A DNA stretch of 64,000 nucleotides from an uncultured virus (IMG/VR IMGVR_UViG_3300030333_001711) (IMGVR_UViG_3300030333_001711); one strand, 5' to 3'; shown: positions 30,278 through 39,322, numbered from the stretch's first letter. Translations and numbers: made by a program. The notes: generated by a model not told the origin, from the letters alone.

Positions 30278-30857
30278 GTTTTATTCATTTGATAATAAAG
30301 ATTTAGTAGAACCTACTTTACAGACCCTTATGGAATGTGAACGTGGGTTATTTAATATTCCTAATACTGTAGAGACTACTAAAGGTGATTTATTTGAGAG
30401 AGAAGAATTTAAGGACATACATAAATGGTTTGAAAAATGTTTGAATGATATAAAAACTGAAGAACAATTACAGTTTGAAGGTGACTTCAAGGTCTGTATG
30501 TCTTGGGGAAATGTAAGTGGACCTGATAGCGGTGGTTGTCATCAAGCACATAGGCATCCGTTTTCATACCTGTCTGGTATCTATTACCTCACAGAAGGGT
30601 CTCCTACGGTCTTCCAGGACCCTCTGACACCACGTACGATGAATCAACTAGAGATAATAAGTGGAACATATGAGAATGCTGTAGCGATAGAACCAACTGT
30701 AGGTCAACTATTGATCTGGCCAAGTTGGATGATTCATTGGTCTGTACCACATCACGGTCCAGAACCACGTGCTGTTATTGCTTGGAATGCTCTACCTGAT
30801 GGTGGTATTAACTTTGGTCCTTATGGACAGAATATGGTAAACCTAAAAGTAAACTAA
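30249..30857 (+). CDS. Putative 2OG-Fe(II) oxygenase (TIGR02466-like)
   Basis: SWGN..HRHP..LSGIYY..IWPSWMIH..RAVIAWN. Confidence 0.8.
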   Translation: MDTHEFFPVKFYSFDNKDLVEPTLQTLMECERGLFNIPNTVETTKGDLFEREEFKDIHKWFEKCLNDIKTEEQLQFEGDFKVCMSWGNVSGPDSGGCHQAHRHPFSYLSGIYYLTEGSPTVFQDPLTPRTMNQLEIISGTYENAVAIEPTVGQLLIWPSWMIHWSVPHHGPEPRAVIAWNALPDGGINFGPYGQNMVNLKVN

Positions 30858-31393
30858 TGATCTTAACTCCTTTCGGTCCTAAAATTTATCACGGTAGAAT
30901 AGATGAAGATGTAAGACTAGACTTACTAAGATATGCTTTTGATGCAGAACCATCACAGGATGCGTCTGGTATATTAGCAGGTCAACTAGAAGAACAATTT
31001 TATATCTATCCAAGTAAACGTGATTTAGATGAATTGCGTAAACACATTGGCACATATACTAATCAAAATTATATTGATATAGAACCTATATGGGTAAACT
31101 TTCAACGTGCAGATGATTGGCAACCTGTACATAATCACGCAGGTGAATTTAGTTTTGTAGTTTATGTAGATATTCCACCTGGAATGTATGATGAACCAGA
31201 GATAGCAGGTTCGATCGTGTTTAACTATGGAGAACAGTTACCACACGCAAGGTGTCAGTATGGTCCAATCAAACCACAGGTAGGTGACATTTATATTTTT
31301 CCTGCTTGGTTAAAACATTATGTGTATCCCTACAAATCTACTGGACAAAGAGTGTCAGTTAGTGGTAATATAATAACAAGATTAAATTCATAA
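30857..31393 (+). CDS. Putative 2OG-Fe(II) oxygenase
   Basis: WVNFQ..PVHNH..FSFVVY..IFPAWLKHYVYP..RVSVSGN. Confidence 0.8.
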   Translation: MILTPFGPKIYHGRIDEDVRLDLLRYAFDAEPSQDASGILAGQLEEQFYIYPSKRDLDELRKHIGTYTNQNYIDIEPIWVNFQRADDWQPVHNHAGEFSFVVYVDIPPGMYDEPEIAGSIVFNYGEQLPHARCQYGPIKPQVGDIYIFPAWLKHYVYPYKSTGQRVSVSGNIITRLNS

Positions 31394-32220
31394 TGAAATC
31401 ATTGAAGACTCCTCTTAGGTATCCTGGTGGAAAGTCAAGAGTAGCACCAATGCTCGTGGACAAGATGCCACGTATGACAGAATATCGAGAACCTTTTCTT
31501 GGTGGTGGTTCTACTGCTATAGAATTTACAAAAAGATATAGAGATATACCTGTATGGGTAAATGACTTATACGTTCCTTTGTATAATTTCTGGACTATCT
31601 TACAAGAAGATTATGATACTTTATCTGATGCCCTAATGGGATTGAAGATGAATCACGATACTCCTGAGAAAGCAAGAGAACTATATCACGCAGCAAAGAC
31701 TAGAGTTAATGACTCTGATATGTTTTTGTCTGCTGTTTACTTTTGGGTAATGAATAAATGTTCCTACTCAGGTCTAACAGAGAACTCATCATTTTCACCA
31801 CAGGCATCAGTACAGAATTTCACTAAGAAAGGTATTAAGAACTTACCTTACTATGGAGAACTGATTCAAGATTGGAAGATAACTAACTTAGATTATAATT
31901 CTTGTTTTGGTGGTGATGCTTTTCTCTTCTTAGATCCTCCATATGATATAAAAGATTTTTTATATGGTGGTAAAGGTGGAACAATGCACAAAGGTTTTGA
32001 CCACAGACAGTTTGCATATAATTGTGCAGAGACAACTAACAACTGGATGATCACATATAACATCAATGAAAACATTGAAGAACTATTCAAAAGTTATAAT
32101 ATAGAAAAATATTCTATTACGTATGGAATGCAACACAGAGAAGACAATACTAGAAAGAAGGAACTTTTAATTACTAACTATAGTATAAAATCACCATTGG
32201 AGGAGTTATTCGTTGATTGA
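31393..32220 (+). CDS. dam: DNA adenine methyltransferase (Dam/D12 class)
   Basis: PLRYPGGKS, EPFLGGGS, FLDPPY; GATC is common in the window. Confidence 0.88.
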   Translation: MKSLKTPLRYPGGKSRVAPMLVDKMPRMTEYREPFLGGGSTAIEFTKRYRDIPVWVNDLYVPLYNFWTILQEDYDTLSDALMGLKMNHDTPEKARELYHAAKTRVNDSDMFLSAVYFWVMNKCSYSGLTENSSFSPQASVQNFTKKGIKNLPYYGELIQDWKITNLDYNSCFGGDAFLFLDPPYDIKDFLYGGKGGTMHKGFDHRQFAYNCAETTNNWMITYNINENIEELFKSYNIEKYSITYGMQHREDNTRKKELLITNYSIKSPLEELFVD

Positions 32221-32731
32221 AGTTATAGATGATTTTTTTCCGAGACGTTTAGTAAATGAAGCATACTACTATCTTGATTCATATAACAACTGGGATCACC
32301 TAGCAGATTCTCCTGAGAACCAACACGCATATACTTTAGGCAAGTCGTTTGATTATCCAAACTTTGAACCAATAGGTAATAAGTTTTTAGATGTTATAGA
32401 TGTGCCAGTAAAGAAATGTTTGTATAATTGTTTTAGACACGAAGACTGTCCTAAACCTCACGTTGACTCTCAAGTAGAACAGGGTGTAACATATCTGATA
32501 TATGTCAATCCTGATTGGAACATTACTATGGGAGGAGAAACACTCTTTATAGATAATGAAACAGATGAGATTATAAAGTCAGTTCTTCCTAGACCAGGTA
32601 GAATGATTAAGTTTCAATCTATCATTCCACATATGGCAAGACCTCCTGTAAGGGATGCTTTTCCCAGACGATATAGTCTTGTCTTCCAAACACATCCAAC
32701 AGATTCATTCTCTCTCGGAGATATATTATGA
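32213..32731 (+). CDS. Putative 2OG-Fe(II) oxygenase
   Basis: PHVD, YVNPDW..GGETLF, PRPGRMIKF..IPH..RYSLVF. Confidence 0.8.
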   Translation: MIEVIDDFFPRRLVNEAYYYLDSYNNWDHLADSPENQHAYTLGKSFDYPNFEPIGNKFLDVIDVPVKKCLYNCFRHEDCPKPHVDSQVEQGVTYLIYVNPDWNITMGGETLFIDNETDEIIKSVLPRPGRMIKFQSIIPHMARPPVRDAFPRRYSLVFQTHPTDSFSLGDIL

Positions 32732-33126
32732 GCAAACGTGACGACTATCCTTTAAAGGATTATTTGAATAGTATTAATCACACTAAAGAAAATTTATTAG
32801 AACGTGAAGGTGACTGGGATAAGAACTATCCTCCATTCATTGTAAACAAATGTCTTAGCGGTTTTATAGATACAGTTCTATATGCTAATGAAATGAATGC
32901 GAATTTTAACTTAGATAAAGATCTACAATATTCCTTTTATCTAAATAGCCTTAGGAAGAAACGACGTTTCTCACCTTGGGAAAGAAAGGAGAAAATAAAA
33001 GACTTTGAACTTGTAAAGAGTTTCTTTAAATACTCTGATGAAAAAACCAAGGATGCGTTGAGGATTCTAACAAAGGATCAAATTGATTTGATTAAACTTA
33101 AAATGGATACAGGAGGCAGAAGATGA
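32728..33126 (+). CDS. gp62: Clamp loader small subunit
   Basis: LKDYLNSIN, YPPFIVNKCLS, LRKKRRFSPW; directly before regA. Confidence 0.88.
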   Translation: MSKRDDYPLKDYLNSINHTKENLLEREGDWDKNYPPFIVNKCLSGFIDTVLYANEMNANFNLDKDLQYSFYLNSLRKKRRFSPWERKEKIKDFELVKSFFKYSDEKTKDALRILTKDQIDLIKLKMDTGGRR

Positions 33127-33554
33127 CTGACGAGAACGTAGAAATCTCGTGGAGTCCTGAGCAAATGGTAGAGGTGACTTTACGTCAACCTGATGATTTC
33201 CTCAAGGTAAGAGAGACACTAACAAGAATTGGAGTTGCTTCTCGTAAAGAGAAAAAACTATTTCAGTCTTGCCATATATTACATAAGAAAGGTAAGTATT
33301 ATATTGTTCACTTCAAAGAACTATTTGCTTTAGATGGTAAGCATTCTAATCTAACAACTAATGATGTACAACGTAGGAATCGTATTACAAAACTGTTGTC
33401 TGATTGGGGTTTAGTTGTAATGGTAGATGAGAATAGAGTCGAAGATATTGCACCTTTAAATCAAATCAAGGTTATTTCTTTTAGAGATAAGAAGGAGTGG
33501 ATCTTAGAATCTAAGTATAATATCGGTAAAAAGAAAACTACGGAGGAATCTTAA
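33123..33554 (+). CDS. regA: Translational repressor RegA
   Basis: DDFLKVRETLTRIGVAS, QSCHILHK, YYIVHFKELFALDGK. Confidence 0.96.
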   Translation: MTDENVEISWSPEQMVEVTLRQPDDFLKVRETLTRIGVASRKEKKLFQSCHILHKKGKYYIVHFKELFALDGKHSNLTTNDVQRRNRITKLLSDWGLVVMVDENRVEDIAPLNQIKVISFRDKKEWILESKYNIGKKKTTEES

Positions 33555-33725
33555 TTGTACGAAACAGATGAACTAGGAGAGATAGTAAGAGATTTTGCTA
33601 AGAGGATTGAGTATGTGTGTGCAATGGAAATGTCAGGTAAGATAACACAGGAAGTTGCATACGAAAGAATAAGGACTGAGTGGAAACATCTAAAGAAAAC
33701 TAGAAAATTTTTGGTGTCTAAATAG
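33555..33725 (+). CDS. Small hypothetical protein resembling a cyanobacterial family, 56 aa
   Basis: Read by eye, TTG start after GGAGG: ...FAKRIEYVCAMEMSGKITQEVAYERIRTEWKHLKK. Confidence 0.5.
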   Translation: MYETDELGEIVRDFAKRIEYVCAMEMSGKITQEVAYERIRTEWKHLKKTRKFLVSK

Positions 33726-33746
33726 GGTTAGTCACCCTAAATTGTA

Positions 33747-34142
33747 ATGGCAGAAGTAAAAGAAAAACCTAAAGGTCCTATAGGTAAACTTAAAGAAGTT
33801 GCAGAAGACAAAGAAGAGCAACTAATGTACTTAGCGACACTGATAAGAGTGATCGTTCTCGTGTGGTCAGCAGGAATTTTAACTTTGAACTACGTTAAAA
33901 TACCAGGTTATGATGCAGGAGAAAAGATTGATCCAACTTTCATAGCTTCAGTGTTTACAGGAACTTTGGCAACTTTCGGTGTCCAGACTGGGGGTAAGAA
34001 AAAGAAAGGTGATGGTAGTGGAGATGCAAACATATCTAAAAAAGATATGGAGTTTCTTATTGCCAAGGCATCAGAGACTGCTCCTGCACAGACTATAAGA
34101 ATAGAGTCAGCACCTATAAAAATTACTCCTGATTCAAAATGA
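33747..34142 (+). CDS. Two-TM membrane protein
   Basis: Two hydrophobic segments; late-promoter-like CTAAATA at 33718-33724. Confidence 0.65.
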   Translation: MAEVKEKPKGPIGKLKEVAEDKEEQLMYLATLIRVIVLVWSAGILTLNYVKIPGYDAGEKIDPTFIASVFTGTLATFGVQTGGKKKKGDGSGDANISKKDMEFLIAKASETAPAQTIRIESAPIKITPDSK

Positions 34143-34684
34143 AGTGGTTTAGTCTAGGTCTAGGTGTTCTGTTGGGTGTATCCCACATAGGAATGATTGG
34201 TATGATTGCAAGACGACAAGGAAATGGATTTCCTAATATCAATATACCAGTAGGAAACTATACTTCTTATCACGCAGAAGTAAGTAAAGAAGGTTATAAG
34301 ATTTCTTATAGAGCAAATGATCCAAAGATAATGTATAAGACTTCTACAATAAAAGAGAAGGCAGGATTCTTAGGATTGGCAAATAATACTAAAGATATAG
34401 CAGAACAATTCACAATGGAAGGTGATACACATATAAGTGGTAGTGTTAATAAACAAGACAACCCTACTGCTAGTAATAAATCAGAAGCGTGTATTGAAGC
34501 GGTTGGTGCTGCAAAAGGAACTGGAAGACTTGTAGGCACTAGCGTTGGTGCTGCTGCTGCTCCTACTCTTAGTAGTATTCCTTTTGTAGGTTGGGTTGCA
34601 GCAGGTTGGGTAGCGATGTTCGGTGGCGACCAAGGTGCAAACATTGGTGGTAATATGGCAGAAGACCTAAATAAAAATTGTTAG
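34139..34684 (+). CDS. Membrane-anchored protein with glycine-zipper C-terminus
   Basis: N-terminal hydrophobic segment; GxxxG repeats, IPFVGWVAAG. Confidence 0.65.
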   Translation: MKWFSLGLGVLLGVSHIGMIGMIARRQGNGFPNINIPVGNYTSYHAEVSKEGYKISYRANDPKIMYKTSTIKEKAGFLGLANNTKDIAEQFTMEGDTHISGSVNKQDNPTASNKSEACIEAVGAAKGTGRLVGTSVGAAAAPTLSSIPFVGWVAAGWVAMFGGDQGANIGGNMAEDLNKNC

Positions 34685-34693
34685 GATTAAATT

Positions 34694-34903
34694 ATGTTTT
34701 CAGTATTAAACGTAGTAGAAGCGTGGAACGAAATCTCTTGGGCAGATGCAGTTCCTTTTACACTTGTTCTTATAGGTCTTTACTGGGTAAAGGTAAAGAT
34801 AGATACATCACTTGGATCTATTAATAAGAAGCAAGCAAAACAATTAAAGAGAATCATTCGAGAAGCAATCGATGAATCTGAATTAATAGATAAAACAAAA
34901 TGA
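34694..34903 (+). CDS. Small membrane protein
   Basis: One TM segment; ORF track. Confidence 0.55.
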   Translation: MFSVLNVVEAWNEISWADAVPFTLVLIGLYWVKVKIDTSLGSINKKQAKQLKRIIREAIDESELIDKTK

Positions 34904-35220
34904 TATTCTGGATTGGTTTTTTTGTTATGTTCTTCAACGAAGGATTCGTGATGATGCGTCACGTGTCACCGTGGTTTGCAAAACAAAGAGAAAGAGTCAT
35001 TAACAAATTAGGAGAGAATGTGTGGTATCGTCTTCACGGTACGTTAGATTACACTTGGATTGGACTTGTAACACTTGGTCTAATAGTAAACTCTAACAGA
35101 CTACTACACATATCAGTACTAGCAATTTTTTGGATTGGTTCTTTCGTAGTATTTTATTTACCGAGATGGAAAAGAAAAAGACGTTACTTAAATTTGAAAA
35201 ACAATTTGGGAAAGGAGTAG
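34900..35220 (+). CDS. Multi-TM membrane protein
   Basis: About three hydrophobic segments, basic C-terminus. Confidence 0.6.
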   Translation: MIFWIGFFVMFFNEGFVMMRHVSPWFAKQRERVINKLGENVWYRLHGTLDYTWIGLVTLGLIVNSNRLLHISVLAIFWIGSFVVFYLPRWKRKRRYLNLKNNLGKE

Positions 35221-35489
35221 ATCCTTGGTATGCCAAGATGGAAAGATGGGCAAAGAAACAAAGGTTTCCTATCAATCATCTTTTACTAGGTCTTGTAGCA
35301 TATCTTAAAGAAGAATGGATAGAGCAGAAGATAGAGAACACAATGGATGATGTAGATAGGCAGGTAGAACAGATTAAAGAAGACTGGGATGCTGAGGAAC
35401 GTGAACAGTTTGGAGTGATAAATAGTTCACCTTCAGAAGTGAAGGGTTTAAACAATTTTGAAATTAATTACAATGCAAAAGATCATTAA
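35166..35489 (+). CDS. Hypothetical protein
   Basis: ORF track, probable start at MEKKK. Confidence 0.55.
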   Translation: MEKKKTLLKFEKQFGKGVDPWYAKMERWAKKQRFPINHLLLGLVAYLKEEWIEQKIENTMDDVDRQVEQIKEDWDAEEREQFGVINSSPSEVKGLNNFEINYNAKDH

Positions 35490-35700
35490 TGGAATCGCTA
35501 TTGCAAGTGGTGTTATCTCTCTCACCGTTGTTGGTACTGTTGGGTATGTATTCATACGCAAGGATGCGATTATCGAAAACGTCAAAGGTAAAATAATGGA
35601 AGCAGTTATGCCTTCTATGGGCGGTGCTATTCAAAAATCATTACCTGATATAACTGGACCTGTCTTACCTACTGGACCTAACCTACCTAAAGGAATGTAA
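35473..35700 (+). CDS. Single-TM protein with Pro-rich tail
   Basis: MQKIINGIAIASGVISLTVVGTVGYVF. Confidence 0.6.
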   Translation: MQKIINGIAIASGVISLTVVGTVGYVFIRKDAIIENVKGKIMEAVMPSMGGAIQKSLPDITGPVLPTGPNLPKGM

Positions 35701-36467
35701 TGGAAGAAATCCCAAATATTATTATTTCGGATCTCTACATACCAAACACAAATGCTGTAAATGTACCACCGTGGGTTGGAAAACCCGCGTGGTCGTTTGG
35801 TCCTAGCGTTCCTGTAACAGTTGACATCGGAACTCCTGTTGTCAATATTCCAGGTTGCGTTGAAGCACACGAACTCAATAATCAAAAAAATAAAAATCTT
35901 GCTGAGGATGATCCTGATAAAACTATCACATATTGTGATGGAGGAGTACCATCTTTTGAGACTATAGATTATAGAGAAGATGAATTAATATTTGAACAGG
36001 AGACTGTGGTTCCAGATATAGCACCACCTCCAGAAATAGAAACACCAGAAGTAACACCACCAAACATACCTTCTACAGATAAAGAAATAGAATGCCCTGC
36101 ACCTAATCAACCTAGAGTTGGTGATCTAACTCAGAATGGAGAAGAGAGAGTTATAGGTCACGAGGTACGAGAAGGTCAATGTGTAGTGTTATATGAGGAC
36201 ACTACAGTAGTCGAAAAATTTTTACCATCTACAAATCAAGTATCTGTGACAGCAGCGATAGCAGTGGTTGCTACAGCATCTGCTGCTGCGACACCATTAT
36301 TATTGAGAGTTATAAAACCTGCAATAAAAAAACTCACTACTACCATACAGAAGAAGTTCGGTAAAGAACCACCTAAGTTAAGTCGTAATGAGATACAGTG
36401 TAATAAATATCGTGAGAAAAAAGGACTACCTCCCTTCAAACTTCCTAAAAAGAAAAAGAAAAATTAA
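35700..36467 (+). CDS. Pro-rich protein with Cys pairs and C-terminal TM/basic tail
   Basis: PGCVEAH, YCDGGVPSF, ECPAP..QCV, AAIAVVATASAAA, poly-Lys end. Confidence 0.65.
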   Translation: MEEIPNIIISDLYIPNTNAVNVPPWVGKPAWSFGPSVPVTVDIGTPVVNIPGCVEAHELNNQKNKNLAEDDPDKTITYCDGGVPSFETIDYREDELIFEQETVVPDIAPPPEIETPEVTPPNIPSTDKEIECPAPNQPRVGDLTQNGEERVIGHEVREGQCVVLYEDTTVVEKFLPSTNQVSVTAAIAVVATASAAATPLLLRVIKPAIKKLTTTIQKKFGKEPPKLSRNEIQCNKYREKKGLPPFKLPKKKKKN

Positions 36468-37342
36468 TTATTACCAATAGATACTTCTTTTAATAATGAA
36501 GCATCTGTACTAGGTATTGTATGAGCGTGGTTTGGAAGAACTCCAGGTGGGTTTACTAGAACCACATCGGCACATACAGCATAGTATGGTGAGTCTTTAT
36601 GGAACATTATTCCTGCCTTCATCAGTTCACCACAATTTTTTAATCTCGCGATCTCAAAGTCTAATCTTTTATTAGCAGTGAGTTGTTGTGAATATGCTAT
36701 TTGAGTTGCTACTGCTTCCTTACACTGGTCTTGTAGTGTCTTGTCTAATGGTTTAGACCACGTTGCACTAAAACCTATTGATATAGAATGATTATCTTTT
36801 TGACCTGTTCTTACTGGAACTTCATATAACACCACCCCTGGATTATCTGGTGCACCATCTCCTGTGGGATTTCCATTTGCATCTGTAGTACCAGTCAAGT
36901 CACGCATATCATACACTTGATCAAACCATATATCTTCGTAGGGACGTTGTAGAGATGTACTCCCTGTAACATACGGTGTGAAGTTTAACGTTGGACCTTG
37001 ACATTGTATGCCATTTCCATAAGTGTTAGTTATATACGGACCCTGCAAAACCTGTATAGCTTGATTTGTGACACTTCCAGAACTGTTTGCTATTGGCGAT
37101 GCTGTTGCTGACACACCACCAACTGTCTCTGCACGCATAGGTAGAGCGTTAGCAGTGAGAACTGTTGCTATTATTGTTGAAATATACTTTGCGTATCTGT
37201 GACCGAAGTTACGGTTGTTTCTCTTTGTATTACTGTATGATTTATTAGACCTGGGGCACGATACGTCTCCGTGAACTGGAACGCTGCTCCTGGAGTTGTT
37301 ATCGTGTAGTTTGGTTTGTTTGCGTGGTCTAAGTCTTGCCAT
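36464..37342 (-). CDS. Secreted/envelope hypothetical protein (true start uncertain, probably near 37190)
   Basis: Signal-peptide-like KYISTIIATVLTANALPMRA followed by beta-rich region and four Cys. Confidence 0.6.
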   Translation of the reverse strand: MARLRPRKQTKLHDNNSRSSVPVHGDVSCPRSNKSYSNTKRNNRNFGHRYAKYISTIIATVLTANALPMRAETVGGVSATASPIANSSGSVTNQAIQVLQGPYITNTYGNGIQCQGPTLNFTPYVTGSTSLQRPYEDIWFDQVYDMRDLTGTTDANGNPTGDGAPDNPGVVLYEVPVRTGQKDNHSISIGFSATWSKPLDKTLQDQCKEAVATQIAYSQQLTANKRLDFEIARLKNCGELMKAGIMFHKDSPYYAVCADVVLVNPPGVLPNHAHTIPSTDASLLKEVSIGNN

Positions 37343-37614
37343 TGCGAAGTCACTCCATTAATAGTATTAGATGAACCATTCCCTATAGCGGGTGATATGG
37401 TTGTTCCATCTTGTGATATGTTTGTACCACTGACCGAATATTGCCACCCTGTCGCATAATCCATAGAATTTATGGTCTCCGTCACGGTGGAAGTCGTTTC
37501 CGTGTGGGAAGTCATACTACCCTGAGAAAAATTTGGCACCACAGGCACTGCTATGACTGGGTTTACGCCCATAGTCAACGTTGCAATGCCACATATGTAC
37601 CATACACGTTTCAT
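37171..37614 (-). CDS. Secreted Thr-rich hypothetical protein
   Basis: Signal peptide then VPVVPNFSQGSMTSHTET. Confidence 0.7.
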   Translation of the reverse strand: MKRVWYICGIATLTMGVNPVIAVPVVPNFSQGSMTSHTETTSTVTETINSMDYATGWQYSVSGTNISQDGTTISPAIGNGSSNTINGVTSQWQDLDHANKPNYTITTPGAAFQFTETYRAPGLINHTVIQRETTVTSVTDTQSIFQQ

Positions 37615-37627
37615 ATTATATAGTTAC

Positions 37628-38137
37628 TTATTGGATGGTTAATTCAGTTGTGAATTGTCCTACAGCACCTGTACCTGCTCCACCTGCTGTTAGTGAAATC
37701 GTACCAGATGAATCAACAGTTCCTGCTAAACTATCTTTTGTACCTGCTGCTGTGGATGTCTGATTACCGAACGCTGATACTGCACCTGTGGTCAACGTTG
37801 TTGATATGGCATCACCTTGATTCCAAGATTGTGTAAAGCTAAAACTTTCCCCTGCTGTTGCCTGAACTGCACCTAGAGAAGGTATTGCTCCGACACCTGT
37901 AGATGCGGTGATTGTCATAGCACCTATGGTGTTGTATGATGCACCATTAGAATCTGTACCAGTTGTTGTAACGTTATTACCTGATACACTGTAAACGTTT
38001 GGAGTACGACTTACCTGAGTCGCTGCTGCATTCACATTTAACTGGATACTAGATTGAATTTTATGCGTTAAATCTGCCCTCGCTGATAGAGGTGCACCCA
38101 ATATTCCCATAACAATAACGAAAGCGAGTTTCTTCAT
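37628..38137 (-). CDS. Secreted Thr/Gly/Ala-rich hypothetical protein
   Basis: Classical signal peptide MKKLAFVIVMGILGAPLSARA; minus-strand late promoter CTAAATA at 38174-38168. Confidence 0.7.
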   Translation of the reverse strand: MKKLAFVIVMGILGAPLSARADLTHKIQSSIQLNVNAAATQVSRTPNVYSVSGNNVTTTGTDSNGASYNTIGAMTITASTGVGAIPSLGAVQATAGESFSFTQSWNQGDAISTTLTTGAVSAFGNQTSTAAGTKDSLAGTVDSSGTISLTAGGAGTGAVGQFTTELTIQ

Positions 38138-38308
38138 TGTCTTTAAATTTAGAGACTATACTGGCTCTATTTAGACAAATGAATGGTTTCGTGACACCCG
38201 TATATTTACTTATGGTTATCCTCCTAGTCATAGCAATACATATAGTGTTAAATAGTATTGTCGCCTTACAGGGACACTATTCACACTCGCTTAAAAAGGA
38301 GAACTATT

Positions 38309-38752
38309 ATGGGTACGCTATCTAGGTACACAGCAAATGACCTTGACTTTCTAATGGATGCTATAGAGAAAACAAGCATCGGATTAGGACCAACTCTTAA
38401 GAGATTGGATGTCACAAACGGATCTAACAGATCCTATCCACCATATAACATCATCAAAAACTCAGAAGAAAACTGGGAGATTGAGATGGCACTTGCAGGA
38501 TGGGATAAAGATGACATAGAAGTATCTACAGAACAAAACGTTCTAACTATTGCATCTAAAAAAAGTAAAGAAGATGAAGAACCACGCACACACGTGCATC
38601 GTGGACTCGCATCTAGAGAATTTACTCAGACTTTTAACCTTGCTGATGATGTAGAGATTGGAGAAGTTCAATACAAGAACGGTCTTCTATCAATAAGTTT
38701 GAACAAGATTGTACCAGAACATCAGAAGAGAAAAGTCTTTGATATATCCTAA
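38309..38752 (+). CDS. hsp20: Small heat-shock protein
   Basis: YPPYNI, EMALAG, HRGLASREF, NGLLSISL..IVPEHQKRK; AAGGAG RBS. Confidence 0.93.
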   Translation: MGTLSRYTANDLDFLMDAIEKTSIGLGPTLKRLDVTNGSNRSYPPYNIIKNSEENWEIEMALAGWDKDDIEVSTEQNVLTIASKKSKEDEEPRTHVHRGLASREFTQTFNLADDVEIGEVQYKNGLLSISLNKIVPEHQKRKVFDIS

Positions 38753-38763
38753 ATTAAGGACAC

Positions 38764-38792
38764 TTGACAATGTTAGTGTATTAAGATATACT
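38764..38792 (+). promoter_or_regulatory. Near-consensus sigma70 promoter
   Basis: TTGACA-N17-TATACT. Confidence 0.8.
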
Positions 38793-38799
38793 ATATAAT

Positions 38800-38900
38800 T
38801 ATACAAAGGGATCGAAAGATCGTGCCCCTGCGTAGATTCAAAAGACACCTATGTCGAGGTAGTCTAACATCCGCGGGGGTTTTCCTTGCGAGAAATTAAA
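38800..38900 (+). ncRNA. Structured 5' leader (candidate cis-regulatory RNA)
   Basis: GATC-GAAA-GATC hairpin; GCCCCTGCG/CGCGGGGGT stem with nested stems; GC-rich island in AT-rich intergenic DNA. Confidence 0.55.
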
Positions 38901-38907
38901 AACAAAA

Positions 38908-39255
38908 ATGATTAAATCACTATTAGCAGTAGCATCTGTCTCTGCACTCTCAGCACCTGTACTAGCAGGTCCTTATGTCAACGTAGAAGTAAACTCATCT
39001 CTAACAGGTAGTAACTACACAGGCACAACAACAGAATTACAAGTCGGATATGAAGGAGACAACTGGTATGTTTCTGGTGGTCCTATCACAACTGCACCTG
39101 ACGGTGGTGAGTCTTCAACAGACTTCATTGGATACCTTGGTGGTTCTGTTGACGTAACCGAAGCAGTTGGAGTGTATGGAGAGTTTTCACTACAGACAGC
39201 AGATGCTGCTGATAACGCATACGGTGTTAAGTTAGGTACAAAGTACACTTTCTAA
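38908..39255 (+). CDS. Small outer-membrane beta-barrel-like protein
   Basis: Signal peptide, alternating beta-strands, C-terminal GTKYTF (BAM-type terminal Phe). Confidence 0.75.
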   Translation: MIKSLLAVASVSALSAPVLAGPYVNVEVNSSLTGSNYTGTTTELQVGYEGDNWYVSGGPITTAPDGGESSTDFIGYLGGSVDVTEAVGVYGEFSLQTADAADNAYGVKLGTKYTF

Positions 39256-39279
39256 ACCTTTATACATAATACACAACTG

Positions 39280-39308
39280 AAGAGACCCACCCATCGGGTC
39301 TCTTTTTT
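39280..39308 (+). terminator. Rho-independent terminator
   Basis: AAGAGACCC-loop-GGGTCTCTT followed by T run. Confidence 0.85.
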
Positions 39309-39322
39309 ATTCAACTAAATTT

